NCBI GenBank assembly: GCA_007121015.1
Contig: SKMN01000012.1
Span: forward strand, 150 to 64,149
DNA length: 64,000 nucleotides
Reading direction: 5' to 3'
From: Coriobacteriia bacterium
GTDB lineage: Bacteria; Actinomycetota; Coriobacteriia; Anaerosomatales; SLCP01
This document shows positions 1 through 13,656 of the stretch, one piece after another. The notes under the pieces were generated by a model. The model had not been told where the DNA came from and did not search any database. It worked only from the letters and a program-made list of their open reading frames with translations. Numbering within the stretch: position 1 is the stretch's first letter; every line of letters starts with the position of its first letter. A program made the position numbers and the translations under genes.

Positions 1-2
1 TC

Positions 3-1082
3 ACCAATGGCACCGACGGTGAGGGCTTCCTCGTCGGCACTCCCATCACGTGGAGCTACGCGGTGACCAACACCGGCAATGTGACGCTGACGGACGTCAC
101 CGTCACAGACGACCAGATCGGGCACATCGGCACGATCGCGGTCCTCGCGCCTGGTGAGACCGAGACCCTCCACGCGGAGGGTGTGGCGGGCGAAGGTCCG
201 TACGTCAACATCGGCACCGTTGTCGGGACCCCTCCGATCGGCGAGGACGTTTCGGACAGTGACGAGTCCGACTACTTCGGCTCGAATCCGCAGATCTCGG
301 TGGAGAAGTCCGTCGATTCCGATCTGGTCATCGAGGGCGAAGAGGTGACTTACACGTTCGTCGTCACCAACACGGGGAACACGCCCCTCTTCAACGTGGG
401 AGTCGTAGATGACCACCTCGGCGTCATAGCAACTATCGAGATGCTCGGTGTGGGCGCCTCGCAGACCTTCACCCGTACGGTTGCGATCTTCGAGGCGACG
501 ACGAACATCGTCGTTGCGTCCGGGACCGACCAGTGGGGCAACGAGGTCTCCGATGAGGACGAGGCTTTCGTAGACATCGACGAGTTCCTCGGTTTCGGGC
601 CTGACCTTTACTCGCAGAAGTCGGGCGACAGACGGACCGCCAACCCCGGCGACATCATCACGTACACCGTTGAGATCGGAAACGTGGGCGGCGATCCGGC
701 GTACGACTACACGGTGACCGACACGTTCAACGGCCGATATCTGAGTGTCGTCGACGCGGCGGGCGGTACCGTCACGGGCAACACAATCACCTGGACGTTC
801 CCCGGCCCGCTCGCCTTCGGTGAAACGCAGACGATCGTCTACAAGCTAAAGGTCGCCGATGATATGCCGGACGGCACAACGGTTCTCGACAATGCCGTCG
901 TGGTGAGCCATCCGGAAGACGACTTCGCCGACAACGATCGCTCGACGTGGCGTGTCACCGTACGAGTGGATGAGCCGTTCCTGCCATTCACCGGAGGTGA
1001 CGCGCTGACGCTGATCGCGCTCGCGGCCGCTACTGCGGCACTCGGTGCCGCACTGCGCAGGCGCGCCCGAATGGTCTCCTAG
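3..1082 (+). CDS. Cell-wall-anchored surface protein with DUF11-type repeats (5' end lies outside the window); C-terminal LPFTG sorting signal
   Basis: The frame stays open back to position 3 (TNGTDGEGFLVGTPITWSYAVTNTGNV...). Repeated 'T(Y/W)..VTNTGN..L..V.V.D' modules. The C-terminus is FLPFTGG, then a hydrophobic stretch, then an RRRAR tail, which is a sortase-substrate signature. Confidence 0.8.
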   Translation, partial: TNGTDGEGFLVGTPITWSYAVTNTGNVTLTDVTVTDDQIGHIGTIAVLAPGETETLHAEGVAGEGPYVNIGTVVGTPPIGEDVSDSDESDYFGSNPQISVEKSVDSDLVIEGEEVTYTFVVTNTGNTPLFNVGVVDDHLGVIATIEMLGVGASQTFTRTVAIFEATTNIVVASGTDQWGNEVSDEDEAFVDIDEFLGFGPDLYSQKSGDRRTANPGDIITYTVEIGNVGGDPAYDYTVTDTFNGRYLSVVDAAGGTVTGNTITWTFPGPLAFGETQTIVYKLKVADDMPDGTTVLDNAVVVSHPEDDFADNDRSTWRVTVRVDEPFLPFTGGDALTLIALAAATAALGAALRRRARMVS

Positions 1083-1128
1083 CCTACGCTCTGGCTACCA
1101 CCACTTCGTAGGCTGAGGAAGACGCGGG

Positions 1129-1157
1129 GCCCCGGTGGGAGTGACTCCCACCGGGGC
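1129..1157. terminator. Bidirectional hairpin between convergent genes
   Basis: Perfect 12-bp inverted repeat CCCCGGTGGGAG-TGA-CTCCCACCGGGG, plus one flanking G-C pair. It lies between the stop at 1082 (+) and the stop at 1190 (-). Confidence 0.6.
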
Positions 1158-1189
1158 TCTGGCACTTCCAGCGGCAGAACTCACAGACC

Positions 1190-1900
1190 CTACCGCCTGA
1201 AGTCGTTGGCGTTCGCCGGAGGCACGTTCTCGCCCCAGTTGATCTGACCGTTGTCGCGCCAGTCGATGATGTGCCAGATCTCGTGGGCGATGATGCGCTC
1301 CAGGCTCACGGTGTGGTTCGGGTTGATGATGATGCGCGCGGACTTGTAGTAGACGATCGCTTGCGGGTTGCCGCGGCTGTCCCCGAACTCGACGGTCGTC
1401 CCTTGCAGGATCGGATAGGTGGAGACGTAGCGTGCGAGGATGGCCCGGGCCTCGGCTATCCCTCCGCTGCTCGCAGGTGCTGGCGCCGACGGCTGAGCAT
1501 TGTTCGCCGCGGCCACCGGAGCGCTGTTCGAACCGGTCGCGGCAGCGGCCGGACGGCGGACGGCGGTCCGGGTCGCCTGTGCGGGAGGAGCGACCGGCTG
1601 CGGCAGCGGAGCTGCGGTCTTCGCCGCCGGCGTGGGGGCCGGCTGAGGCATCTCTGCGACCTCTTCGGCGCTCTGTACCGGCACGATCGCCTTGGCCACC
1701 TGGATGGTAGGCACGGTCGGGACCGGCTCGAGGCGTGGTGCGAACTTCGCTTGGGCATCGACGGTCGAACGGGTCGTCTCCGTGAGTACGGTCGCCATCG
1801 CGGGTGCCGCGGCGCCCGCGAGGAGGGTCGTCGCGAGTGCGACGGAGAGGAGCTTGATGGTCGTGTCCGTGCGTTCTACGTTCCTGATCACTCTGATCAC
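1190..1900 (-). CDS. Secreted protein with a C-terminal HEXXH zinc-metalloprotease-like motif
   Basis: N-terminal signal-like sequence (IKLLSVALATTLLAGAAAPAMA), a Pro/Ala-rich linker, and AHEIWH (HExxH) near the C-terminus. Confidence 0.55.
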   Translation of the reverse strand: MIRVIRNVERTDTTIKLLSVALATTLLAGAAAPAMATVLTETTRSTVDAQAKFAPRLEPVPTVPTIQVAKAIVPVQSAEEVAEMPQPAPTPAAKTAAPLPQPVAPPAQATRTAVRRPAAAATGSNSAPVAAANNAQPSAPAPASSGGIAEARAILARYVSTYPILQGTTVEFGDSRGNPQAIVYYKSARIIINPNHTVSLERIIAHEIWHIIDWRDNGQINWGENVPPANANDFRR

Positions 1901-2213
1901 CCCTGGTACGAGCCCGTGCGCACATCGACCCGGTCCCCTCCCGTGTGGCGTGTGGGTGGGGACCGGGTCGATGGGGCGACCAGATCTCGTACCCGGCAGT
2001 CCGGCTGTCGTGGGAAGATCGCTCTTCCGTTAGACCCGTGACTTTGCGAAGCGCGCCTTTCGGCGAGCGGTGCCTTTTTCGGGGAGTCCGTCTCGATGTG
2101 CTGCTGTCAACTGCTTACACTGGGTATATCGGCACGAGAGCGGCGTGACTGAAGTTATTTCTGTAATGTACGTCACAGGGATACTCGGGTTTCCAACTCA
2201 GAGAGGACGACGA

Positions 2214-2954
2214 GTGGCATCATCACAGGTAGCGGGTGCACGCTCGCGAACACGGATCACGCTCCATGCGCTCGGTAACGTCTTTCTCGGCGTTGCCATA
2301 GGCCTTCTCACGTATTACTTGGTGACCGATGTCGTCACACGGCTGGAACAGGCTCGACTGCGCAGTGAGCTTTCGGCCCTTGGAAACTCCGGGGCACCAC
2401 CACCCGACCGGTTGGTGTCGCCGGAGGAGCCCGACGAGCCCGACGAGCCCGACGAGCCCGAAGAGCCGCCATCGGTGTGGGACACATGGCGAACCGAAGA
2501 CGTCCGCTACTGGGCGAACCTCGAAGACTACGGCGTGTTCGGACGGCTCGTCATCGAGAAGATGGAACTCGATGTGGTCGTCGTGCGCGGGGTCGATCCC
2601 GAGGCGCTGAGACGAGGACCGGGCTGGATGCCCTACACCGACATACCCGGGGAGACGGGCAACGTCGGCATCGCCGGTCATCGCACCACGTATGGAGCAC
2701 CCTTCTTCCGGCTCGACGACCTCGAGCCAGGCGATGCCATATACTTCTACTCGCCGTTCAGGCGCTACACGTACGTCGTGTCCGAGAAGTACCAGGTGAC
2801 GCCCGACCAGGTGGAAGTCGTAGCGCCCACCGAGGAGCCTCGTCTTACCCTCTCGGCGTGTCATCCACCGTATAGTGCTCGATATCGACTGATCGTCCAC
2901 GCAGACCTCACCGAGGTCGACTGGCTCGAAGATACGTCCGAACCTGCGTCGTAG
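2214..2954 (+). CDS. Sortase family transpeptidase (class E-like)
   Basis: One N-terminal TM helix (VFLGVAIGLLTYYLV). Motifs VGIAGHRTTYGAPFFRLDDL and TLSACHP (a TLxTC variant with the catalytic Cys). GTG at 2214 is preceded by GAGAGGA; alternative starts are ATG 2166 and 2070. It lies next to an LPxTG-type substrate gene. Confidence 0.8.
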   Translation: MASSQVAGARSRTRITLHALGNVFLGVAIGLLTYYLVTDVVTRLEQARLRSELSALGNSGAPPPDRLVSPEEPDEPDEPDEPEEPPSVWDTWRTEDVRYWANLEDYGVFGRLVIEKMELDVVVVRGVDPEALRRGPGWMPYTDIPGETGNVGIAGHRTTYGAPFFRLDDLEPGDAIYFYSPFRRYTYVVSEKYQVTPDQVEVVAPTEEPRLTLSACHPPYSARYRLIVHADLTEVDWLEDTSEPAS

Positions 2955-2964
2955 GGAGACGTGC

Positions 2965-3897
2965 ATGCGCATCATCGTCACCGGGGGAGCCGGGTTCATC
3001 GGCTCGAACCTCGTCCACGTGCTCGTTCAGGCACACGAGGTGTGCATCGTCGATGACCTGTCGAGCGGCAGACCGGAGAACCTCCACCCTGCGGCCATGA
3101 TGCGAACGATGGACATCCTCGACCAGCGACTTCCCGGGGTGTTCGAAGAATTCGCCCCGGAGGCCGTCGTGCATCTGGCGGCACAGCCGAGCGTCACGGC
3201 ATCGTTCGCCGACCCAGAGCGTGACCATGCCGTGAACGTCGAGGGGACGCGAGCGGTGGCGCGCGCTGCCCGTGCGGCCGGCGCACGCAGGGTCCTGTCA
3301 GCCTCTTCTGCAGCCGTCTATGGCGAACCCGCCGAGATACCGCTGCGCGAGGAGTCGCGCACCGAGCCGGCCAACCCGTATGGGACCTCCAAACTCACAG
3401 CCGAGAGCGTGCTGGCGGAAGAGCTTGGCGGATCTGAGTGCGATTTCGCGTCGTTGCGCTTTGCGAACGTGTATGGCCCGAGGCAGGACGCGGCAGGTGA
3501 GGGAGGGGTCGTCGCGGTGTTCTGCAGCGCACTGGCCGAGGGGCGTGCTCCGGTCATCCACGGTAACGGGATGCAGACGCGCGACTTCATCTACGTCGGC
3601 GACGTTGTTGGCGCGCTCGTCACGGCGGTGGCTCACGAGGGGGCTCTCGGTGGTGAGGGCATACAGGGCGTCTACAACATCGCCACGGGCGTGGAGACGA
3701 CCATCCAGGCGCTCGCCGACACACTCCGGCCAGCGGCTCAGTTCTTCGGTCCGTTCGAGCATGTCCCCGAGCGCGAGGGCGACGTGCGTCGAAGCGCGCT
3801 CGACCCGGCGAAAGCAGCCGACACGCTCGGATGGCAGGCGGCGGTCCCGCTTGCGACGGGGCTTGGCGCGACGTTCAGGTGGTTCGCGCGGCGATGA
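2965..3897 (+). CDS. NAD-dependent epimerase/dehydratase (UDP-glucose 4-epimerase-like)
   Basis: N-terminal Rossmann motif MRIIVTGGAGFIGSNLV, a YGTSK (YxxxK) catalytic motif, and an RBS GGGAGA upstream. Confidence 0.8.
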   Translation: MRIIVTGGAGFIGSNLVHVLVQAHEVCIVDDLSSGRPENLHPAAMMRTMDILDQRLPGVFEEFAPEAVVHLAAQPSVTASFADPERDHAVNVEGTRAVARAARAAGARRVLSASSAAVYGEPAEIPLREESRTEPANPYGTSKLTAESVLAEELGGSECDFASLRFANVYGPRQDAAGEGGVVAVFCSALAEGRAPVIHGNGMQTRDFIYVGDVVGALVTAVAHEGALGGEGIQGVYNIATGVETTIQALADTLRPAAQFFGPFEHVPEREGDVRRSALDPAKAADTLGWQAAVPLATGLGATFRWFARR

Positions 3898-4457
3898 GTC
3901 CGAGCAGCGCGGATCGAGCGAGCGCGCACGAACTCGAAGCAGCGTTTGTGGCGAAGGCCGAGGAGGAGTTGCGGTACGCGGATGGCGTTGCCGAGGGGGG
4001 CGAGGCCGTCCCGTGGAGCGGGGACGTGTTCGCCGAGGTATTCCTCGTCAAAGGAGATCCTGGTCCTGCCGAAGTCGCGGGTGGTCCCGCGCTCAGTGGA
4101 CCGGACGGACAGGCCGCACGCAAAGCACTTGAGGCACTCGGTTTCGATCCAGCGTCGGTCTTCGCGAGCGTTGCACGCCCAGAGCCCGATCTCGAGCGAG
4201 AGGCGCTCTACGCGCGCCTGCGGATTCAAGTGGAGACGGTCGATCCCTACACGGTGGTCGCACTCGACCGGGTCGCAGCCGAGTTCGTGTGCGCAGCGTT
4301 CGGACTGAGAGCGTTTCGGCCTGGTCGGCCCGCGCACGCGCACGGCAGGGTGTTCGTGGCAGTCGACGGGTTGGAGGAATCTCTCGCGGACGCGGGTCTC
4401 AAGCAGCGAGTCTGGCGACAACTCAAGACCTTGTCGCCACGGCCCCCCTCATTCTGA
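3894..4457 (+). CDS. Uracil-DNA-glycosylase-superfamily-like protein (divergent)
   Basis: ATGA start/stop overlap with the epimerase gene. The stretch LVKGDPGPAEVAGGPALSGPDGQAARKALEALG resembles the family-4 UDG GE(A/G)PG...G.PF.G.AG..L motif but is degenerate. Confidence 0.4.
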   Translation: MSPSSADRASAHELEAAFVAKAEEELRYADGVAEGGEAVPWSGDVFAEVFLVKGDPGPAEVAGGPALSGPDGQAARKALEALGFDPASVFASVARPEPDLEREALYARLRIQVETVDPYTVVALDRVAAEFVCAAFGLRAFRPGRPAHAHGRVFVAVDGLEESLADAGLKQRVWRQLKTLSPRPPSF

Positions 4458-4509
4458 GTGGACGGGGCGCCCTGATAGTCCGAGGCGACGGCCCGTTCAG
4501 GCCCCCGGC

Positions 4510-4698
4510 TCAGTCCTCTTCGATCTCGCTGATCGCGCCCATCGGACACTCTTCCAAGCACGCGGCACACGCGGTGCACTCGTCGTCTTTGACCGGCTCC
4601 GCAACATCGCCTACGAGTTCGAGGACGTCTTCCGGACAGACGTCGACACATATCCCGCAGGCGGAGCATTCCTCTTGTACGATGATCGGTCGGGGCAT
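4510..4698 (-). CDS. 4Fe-4S dicluster ferredoxin
   Basis: Two CxxCxxC...CP motifs (CSACGICVDVCP and CTACAACLEECP). GAGGAGG lies upstream of the ATG at 4698. Confidence 0.85.
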   Translation of the reverse strand: MPRPIIVQEECSACGICVDVCPEDVLELVGDVAEPVKDDECTACAACLEECPMGAISEIEED

Positions 4699-4917
4699 CG
4701 ATCCTCCTCGCATGACGCGCGGACGGTGGAGCAGGCCTCCAAGTCCTGCCGTACCTTATCGGCCATCTGTCGGGCTGTAAAGGGGCGATTCCGATACCGT
4801 GCCGGGGCTTTCGTGCAGGACCCAGGATCATCCAGCGAGCGAGCTGAGGTGAACGCTCGGTACCAGCCTGTTTTGGCCGATGGTAGGATGGGTATAGAGG
4901 AAGCGTTGCCACAAAAC

Positions 4918-4946
4918 TTGACAACGAAACACTTAGATTCTAGGAT
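4918..4946 (+). promoter_or_regulatory. Sigma-70-type promoter of the dnaK operon
   Basis: TTGACA (4918-4923), 17 nt spacer, TAGGAT (4941-4946). It sits about 100 nt upstream of the dnaK ATG. Confidence 0.55.
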
Positions 4947-5045
4947 TTGTCGGGCGGCGCGGTCTTGATCCACAGGGCCGCGCCTGCTCGCATGAGACAT
5001 GTGCTGCGCCTGTGGGGGCGCAGGCGCCAGAAAGGAGAACACACG

Positions 5046-6959
<1,914 letters not shown>

Positions 6960-6961
6960 TC

Positions 6962-7555
6962 ATGGCTAGGAAACACCGTGACGCACACGAGGAGTCCCGC
7001 GCACACGAAGACCGGGACACGCCGGTCGACCCCGAGCTCGAGGCGGATCTCGGCGAGGAGTTCGAGCTGCGCGGTGACCAGTTGATGGCGGAGATCGAGG
7101 CGGCGCGTGGGGAAGCGGCGCGCCATCTCGAGACCGCCCAGCGGGTGCAGGCCGATTTCGACAACTACCGTAAGCGCATGGCCCGCGACCACGCCGATGC
7201 GGTGAAACGGGCGGGCGAGCGTATCGTCGAGAACCTGCTGCCGGTCGTCGACAACCTCGAGCGAGCAATAGCGCACGCCCAGGAGGGCGGCGACGTCGCA
7301 GAGTTGCGGACCGGGGTCGAGATGGTCCTCGGCCAACTGCGTGACGTACTCGCAAAGGAGGGCGTCATCGAGGTGGACCCCGTGGGCCAGCCGTTCGACG
7401 CGCTCGTGCACCAGGCGGTGGGCCAGAAGGAGGACACGAGTGTGCCCGAGGGCACGGTCACCGAGGTGTTTCAGAAGGGCTACGAGATGCACGGGCGAAC
7501 CGTTCGTGCCGCGATGGTCGTCGTGTCCACCGGAGGTCCTCGAGCCGAGGAGTAG
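6962..7555 (+). CDS. grpE: Nucleotide exchange factor GrpE
   Basis: Position between dnaK and dnaJ. Motifs RVQADFDNYRKR and the GrpE C-terminal beta domain. Confidence 0.93.
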   Translation: MARKHRDAHEESRAHEDRDTPVDPELEADLGEEFELRGDQLMAEIEAARGEAARHLETAQRVQADFDNYRKRMARDHADAVKRAGERIVENLLPVVDNLERAIAHAQEGGDVAELRTGVEMVLGQLRDVLAKEGVIEVDPVGQPFDALVHQAVGQKEDTSVPEGTVTEVFQKGYEMHGRTVRAAMVVVSTGGPRAEE

Positions 7556-7558
7556 ACG

Positions 7559-8701
7559 ATGCCCGCCACCAAGGACTACTACGACATCCTCGGCATCAAG
7601 AAGAGCGCTTCGGCCGACGAGATCAAGAAGGCCTTCCGCAAGCTCGCGCGCAAGCACCATCCGGACGCCGGCGGCTCCGAAGAGAAGTTCAAGGAGCTCA
7701 ACGAGGCCTACGAGGTCCTGTCCGATCCGGAGAAGCGCGCGCAGTACGACCAGTACGGCGCGTACTTCGGCGGAGCAGGCGCCCCGGGTGCCCCAGGCGC
7801 CCCGGGCGGTCCGAGTGGAGCTCCCGGCGGGTGGCCCGGCGGCGGCGGCGGGTTCGGCTACGAGCACGTGGATCTCGGTGACCTGTTCGGTGACATCTTC
7901 GGCGGCGGCGGGTTCGCAGGAGCGCGCTCCGGAACACGTGCCGAACGCACCGCGCGTCGCGGACGCGACCTCACGTACGAGATCACGCTCGGGTTCGACG
8001 AGGCGTTCTCCGGCGTGTCGACCAAGGTCGACGTCCAGCGTGCCGAGACGTGCTCGGTATGCAAGGGGGCTGGAGCCAAGCCCGGGACCTCCGTGATCGC
8101 GTGCCCCACGTGCGGCGGTACCGGCCACGTGAGCCAGGGGCAAGGTGGCATGTTCGCGTTCTCGCGCACGTGCCCGCGATGTGGCGGCTCCGGAAGCGTC
8201 ATCGAGGACCCGTGCACCGCGTGCAAGGGGGCAGGGCGGGTGACGCGGGTCAAACCGGTCACCGTCAACGTCCCCCCAGGCGTGACCGACGGTGGCAAGC
8301 TCCGCTTCAAGGGGAAGGGCGAGCCAGGAGAGGCTGGCGCACCTGCGGGCGATCTCTACGTCGTGACGCACATCGAATCGCACCCGTACTTCAAGCGGGA
8401 CGGCGCCGACGTGGTGATGGAGCTTCCTATCACGATGGCCGAGGCGGCGCTTGGCGCAGAAGTCACGATCCCGGTGCCTGGCGGCGGCAAAGTCAAGCTC
8501 AAGATTTCCTCGGGCACGCAGGACGGGACCGTGCACCGCCTGAAGGGCAAGGGCGCGCCTCGCCTCAAGGGTGCCGGCCGAGGAGACCTCAAGGTCAAGG
8601 TGAAGGTCGTCGTACCGAGCGCCCTGACCGCCGAGCAGAAAGAACTGCTCAACAGGTTCGCGTCATCGCAGGAGGACGACGTTCGCGCGCACATCACATA
8701 A
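7559..8701 (+). CDS. dnaJ: Co-chaperone DnaJ
   Basis: J-domain with HPD (KHHPDAGG), a G/F-rich region, and four CxxCxGxG zinc-finger repeats. Confidence 0.96.
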   Translation: MPATKDYYDILGIKKSASADEIKKAFRKLARKHHPDAGGSEEKFKELNEAYEVLSDPEKRAQYDQYGAYFGGAGAPGAPGAPGGPSGAPGGWPGGGGGFGYEHVDLGDLFGDIFGGGGFAGARSGTRAERTARRGRDLTYEITLGFDEAFSGVSTKVDVQRAETCSVCKGAGAKPGTSVIACPTCGGTGHVSQGQGGMFAFSRTCPRCGGSGSVIEDPCTACKGAGRVTRVKPVTVNVPPGVTDGGKLRFKGKGEPGEAGAPAGDLYVVTHIESHPYFKRDGADVVMELPITMAEAALGAEVTIPVPGGGKVKLKISSGTQDGTVHRLKGKGAPRLKGAGRGDLKVKVKVVVPSALTAEQKELLNRFASSQEDDVRAHIT

Positions 8702-8759
8702 CGGTCGCAGGATGCGGCCGCCACACGCGGCGGTCGAGTGCGATCCGAGGAGGACGACA

Positions 8760-9158
8760 GTGGCTACTCGCAACAACGACATCGGGAAGTCCCGGCCGCT
8801 TTACATGATCAGCGTGGCGGCGGAACTGGCGGGGGTGCACCCGCAGACGTTGCGTATCTACGAGCGCCGCCGGCTCATCAGACCGCAACGCTCCTCAGGT
8901 AACACTCGTCTGTACTCCGAGGCCGACATCGAGCGGCTCAAGACGATCCAGCACCTGACCCAGGCCGAGGGTATCAACCTCGCAGGGGTCGAGCGCATCA
9001 TGGAACTCGAGCGCACCGTCGAGTCGATGCGCACGGAGATCGAGCGGCTCCGGCGTCACGCTGAGGAGGCCGCCCGCAGCCGCCCGGCGCACTCCGCGGT
9101 GAAGGCGAGTATCGTTATGGTACGGCGTGGTTCCCTCGCACGGAAGGAAGACCGATGA
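8760..9158 (+). CDS. hspR: MerR-family heat-shock repressor HspR
   Basis: [47 protein letters not shown] is a MerR HTH. Its position after dnaJ is the classic actinobacterial arrangement. The GTG at 8760 has GAGGAGG 7 nt upstream; the ORF-track start at 8712 is probably too early. Confidence 0.88.
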   Translation: MATRNNDIGKSRPLYMISVAAELAGVHPQTLRIYERRRLIRPQRSSGNTRLYSEADIERLKTIQHLTQAEGINLAGVERIMELERTVESMRTEIERLRRHAEEAARSRPAHSAVKASIVMVRRGSLARKEDR

Positions 9159-9607
9159 GTCCTGTCCGACAGAACATCTGGTTCATCGTGGTAGGCGTTG
9201 TGTTGCTCGCGGCCCTCGTCGGCTCGCGTGTCGCGGGAGATTTCGGCAGGGGTGCGGCAGAGCCTACGGCCCCTTCGCCCACAGAACAGGGTTCAGACAC
9301 CGCGGACCCCGGCGCAGACGGTACGTCGAACGGCGGCGGGCAGACCGGCACGGACGAGGGTGTCACCGATGGTGGCGACGACTACGACTTCGAGGCCGTT
9401 CCGGTGGCGCTCATCTACCAACTCGTAGATAAGCTCCGTGCGGCAGGTATCCCTCCGGTCATGCCGGCAGACGTCGCCGTCGAGTACGTCGACGGGTACG
9501 AGACTATCGTGATGAGCGGCGAGTTCGAGAACACGTCGGCCACCGAGGCCCGTTTCGCGTGGAGCGATGGCACGTGGTATCTCATCGAGCCGTCCGGACC
9601 GGAGTGA
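9155..9607 (+). CDS. Hypothetical membrane-anchored protein, translationally coupled to hspR
   Basis: ATGA overlap with the hspR stop, RBS GGAAGGAAG, one N-terminal TM helix ([17 protein letters not shown]), then an acidic Gly/Thr-rich linker and a small globular domain. Confidence 0.6.
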   Translation: MSPVRQNIWFIVVGVVLLAALVGSRVAGDFGRGAAEPTAPSPTEQGSDTADPGADGTSNGGGQTGTDEGVTDGGDDYDFEAVPVALIYQLVDKLRAAGIPPVMPADVAVEYVDGYETIVMSGEFENTSATEARFAWSDGTWYLIEPSGPE

Positions 9608-9665
9608 GATGGATGGCAGGGTGCATCGCTGTGACGGCTGTCGGCGGCCGATGGAGGACTGAGAC

Positions 9666-12251
<2,586 letters not shown>

Positions 12252-12336
12252 GGGCATACCGGTTCAGGTGCCGAATGCAAGCTGCCGCCGTTCGCCATGA
12301 CGGCGGTGTGCTCGATACAACGGAGGTGATGTAGCC

Positions 12337-12801
12337 ATGGCGATCATGCGTTGGGACCCGTTCGGCGAGATGCTGCGCATGCAGCGTGATATGGACCGCA
12401 TCTTCTCGCGGATGGGAACGGCAGAAGGCAGGGGAGAGAGCGCGTCCGCCGTTGCGTGGATGCCCAAGATCGACGTGAAGACCAAAGGCGACGACATCGT
12501 GGTCCGTGCCGAGCTCCCCGGCATCGACCCGGATGGCGTCGACATCGAGGTGACCGACGGCGTGCTCACCATCAAGGGCGAGCGAAAGGCCGAGGAGGAG
12601 CGCGAGGACGAAGGCTGGCTCATACGCGAATCGAGCTACGGTGTCTTCGAGCGTTCCATGGTGTTGCCCGAAGGAGTGAACGCCGAGGACATCAAGGCAG
12701 ACTACAACGACGGTATCCTCGAGGTGCAGGTGCCCAAGGCGCTCGAGGCAGCGAAACCCAAGAGCACCAAGATCGCGATCGGCGAAGGCAAGACGAAGTA
12801 G
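12337..12801 (+). CDS. Small heat-shock protein (Hsp20/alpha-crystallin family)
   Basis: MRWDPF..., LPGIDPDGVDIEVTDGVLTIKGER and ADYNDGILEVQVPK, which are alpha-crystallin domain motifs. RBS GGAGGTG. Confidence 0.93.
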   Translation: MAIMRWDPFGEMLRMQRDMDRIFSRMGTAEGRGESASAVAWMPKIDVKTKGDDIVVRAELPGIDPDGVDIEVTDGVLTIKGERKAEEEREDEGWLIRESSYGVFERSMVLPEGVNAEDIKADYNDGILEVQVPKALEAAKPKSTKIAIGEGKTK

Positions 12802-12834
12802 CGAGAAGCGCGAGACGAACCCCGAAGCACTATA

Positions 12835-12862
12835 GAAAGGCCCTGCTATGGCGGGGCCTTTC
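12835..12862 (+). terminator. Hairpin downstream of hsp20
   Basis: GAAAGGCCC, 10-nt loop, GGGCCTTTC (9-bp stem), 34 nt after the hsp20 stop. Confidence 0.5.
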
Positions 12863-12934
12863 GCATTCCGCAGTGCCGCACGAAGTCACAACGTATCGGT
12901 TGTATACGGCGTCGACGGGGGTATCATCAAGGGC

Positions 12935-13528
12935 ATGGGGAGCCTTCTGGACATCGGTCACCTGCTCGTGCATGCGCGGCAGAAGCGCGGCATGTCCCAG
13001 CGCGAACTCGGGGAGGCAGTGGGGGTCAAGCAACAACAGGTCGCACGGTGGGAGACAAGCGCGTACCGCACCGCGTCGCTGGAGAGGGTGAGCCGGGTCG
13101 CAGAGGTGCTCGACGTCGGGCCGGTGCGCAAGCGCAGGCAGCAAGAGGGGCAGGCCGCGACCGCGGACCAGTCGCCCGCCGCCCACGCGCCTTCGTCCAC
13201 GCCCGTCACGGCGGCGCGTTCCGGACCGGTCAGCGATCTCGATGAGATCGCCGCGCGCGTACGCGAGCACGGTCCGGTCCTCGCGGAACGCTATCGCGTC
13301 GTGAGCATCGACGTCTTCGGCGCGTTCGCCCGCGGCGAGCAGAGCGATACGAGCTTCGTGGGGCTCATAGTCGAGCTCGAGGAGCCGACGTTGCCCGTGA
13401 TGATCGACTCCGAGGTCTACCTGCAGGAGGTGCTCGGCAGGCGGGTACAGGCCGGGCCGCTCACTTCTATATCCGAAGGGATACGGACCGAGGTCGAGTC
13501 CGAGAGGGTGCGGGTCTGGCCCATCTGA
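12935..13528 (+). CDS. XRE-family HTH fused to a nucleotidyltransferase (MNT-like) domain
   Basis: The N-terminus RQKRGMSQRELGEAVGVKQQQVARWE is an HTH_3. The C-terminus VSIDVFGAFARGEQSDTSFVGLIVELEE resembles the GSxxRGxxxxSDxD minimal NTase fold but is degenerate. The start was moved to ATG 12935 because the ORF-track start overlaps the hsp20 terminator. Confidence 0.6.
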   Translation: MGSLLDIGHLLVHARQKRGMSQRELGEAVGVKQQQVARWETSAYRTASLERVSRVAEVLDVGPVRKRRQQEGQAATADQSPAAHAPSSTPVTAARSGPVSDLDEIAARVREHGPVLAERYRVVSIDVFGAFARGEQSDTSFVGLIVELEEPTLPVMIDSEVYLQEVLGRRVQAGPLTSISEGIRTEVESERVRVWPI

Positions 13529-13656
13529 CACGGGAGCGACGGATCGGGAGGATGCGCACCGAAGATGCGGACCTGCGGCGTCCGATGAAGTAAAGGTATC
13601 GGTGCACAAGCGGCGAAGAAAGTCCGAAACGGCACGGTGCGACTGATGGAGGTGCG

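Noticed and set aside
4917-4937. HspR operator (HAIR) candidate CTTGACA-ACGAAAC-ACTTAGA overlapping the dnaK -35 box.
   Set aside because: The spacing matches CTTGAGT-N7-ACTCAAG, but the two halves are not reverse complements of each other and only about 9 of 14 positions match. This is not enough to call an operator.
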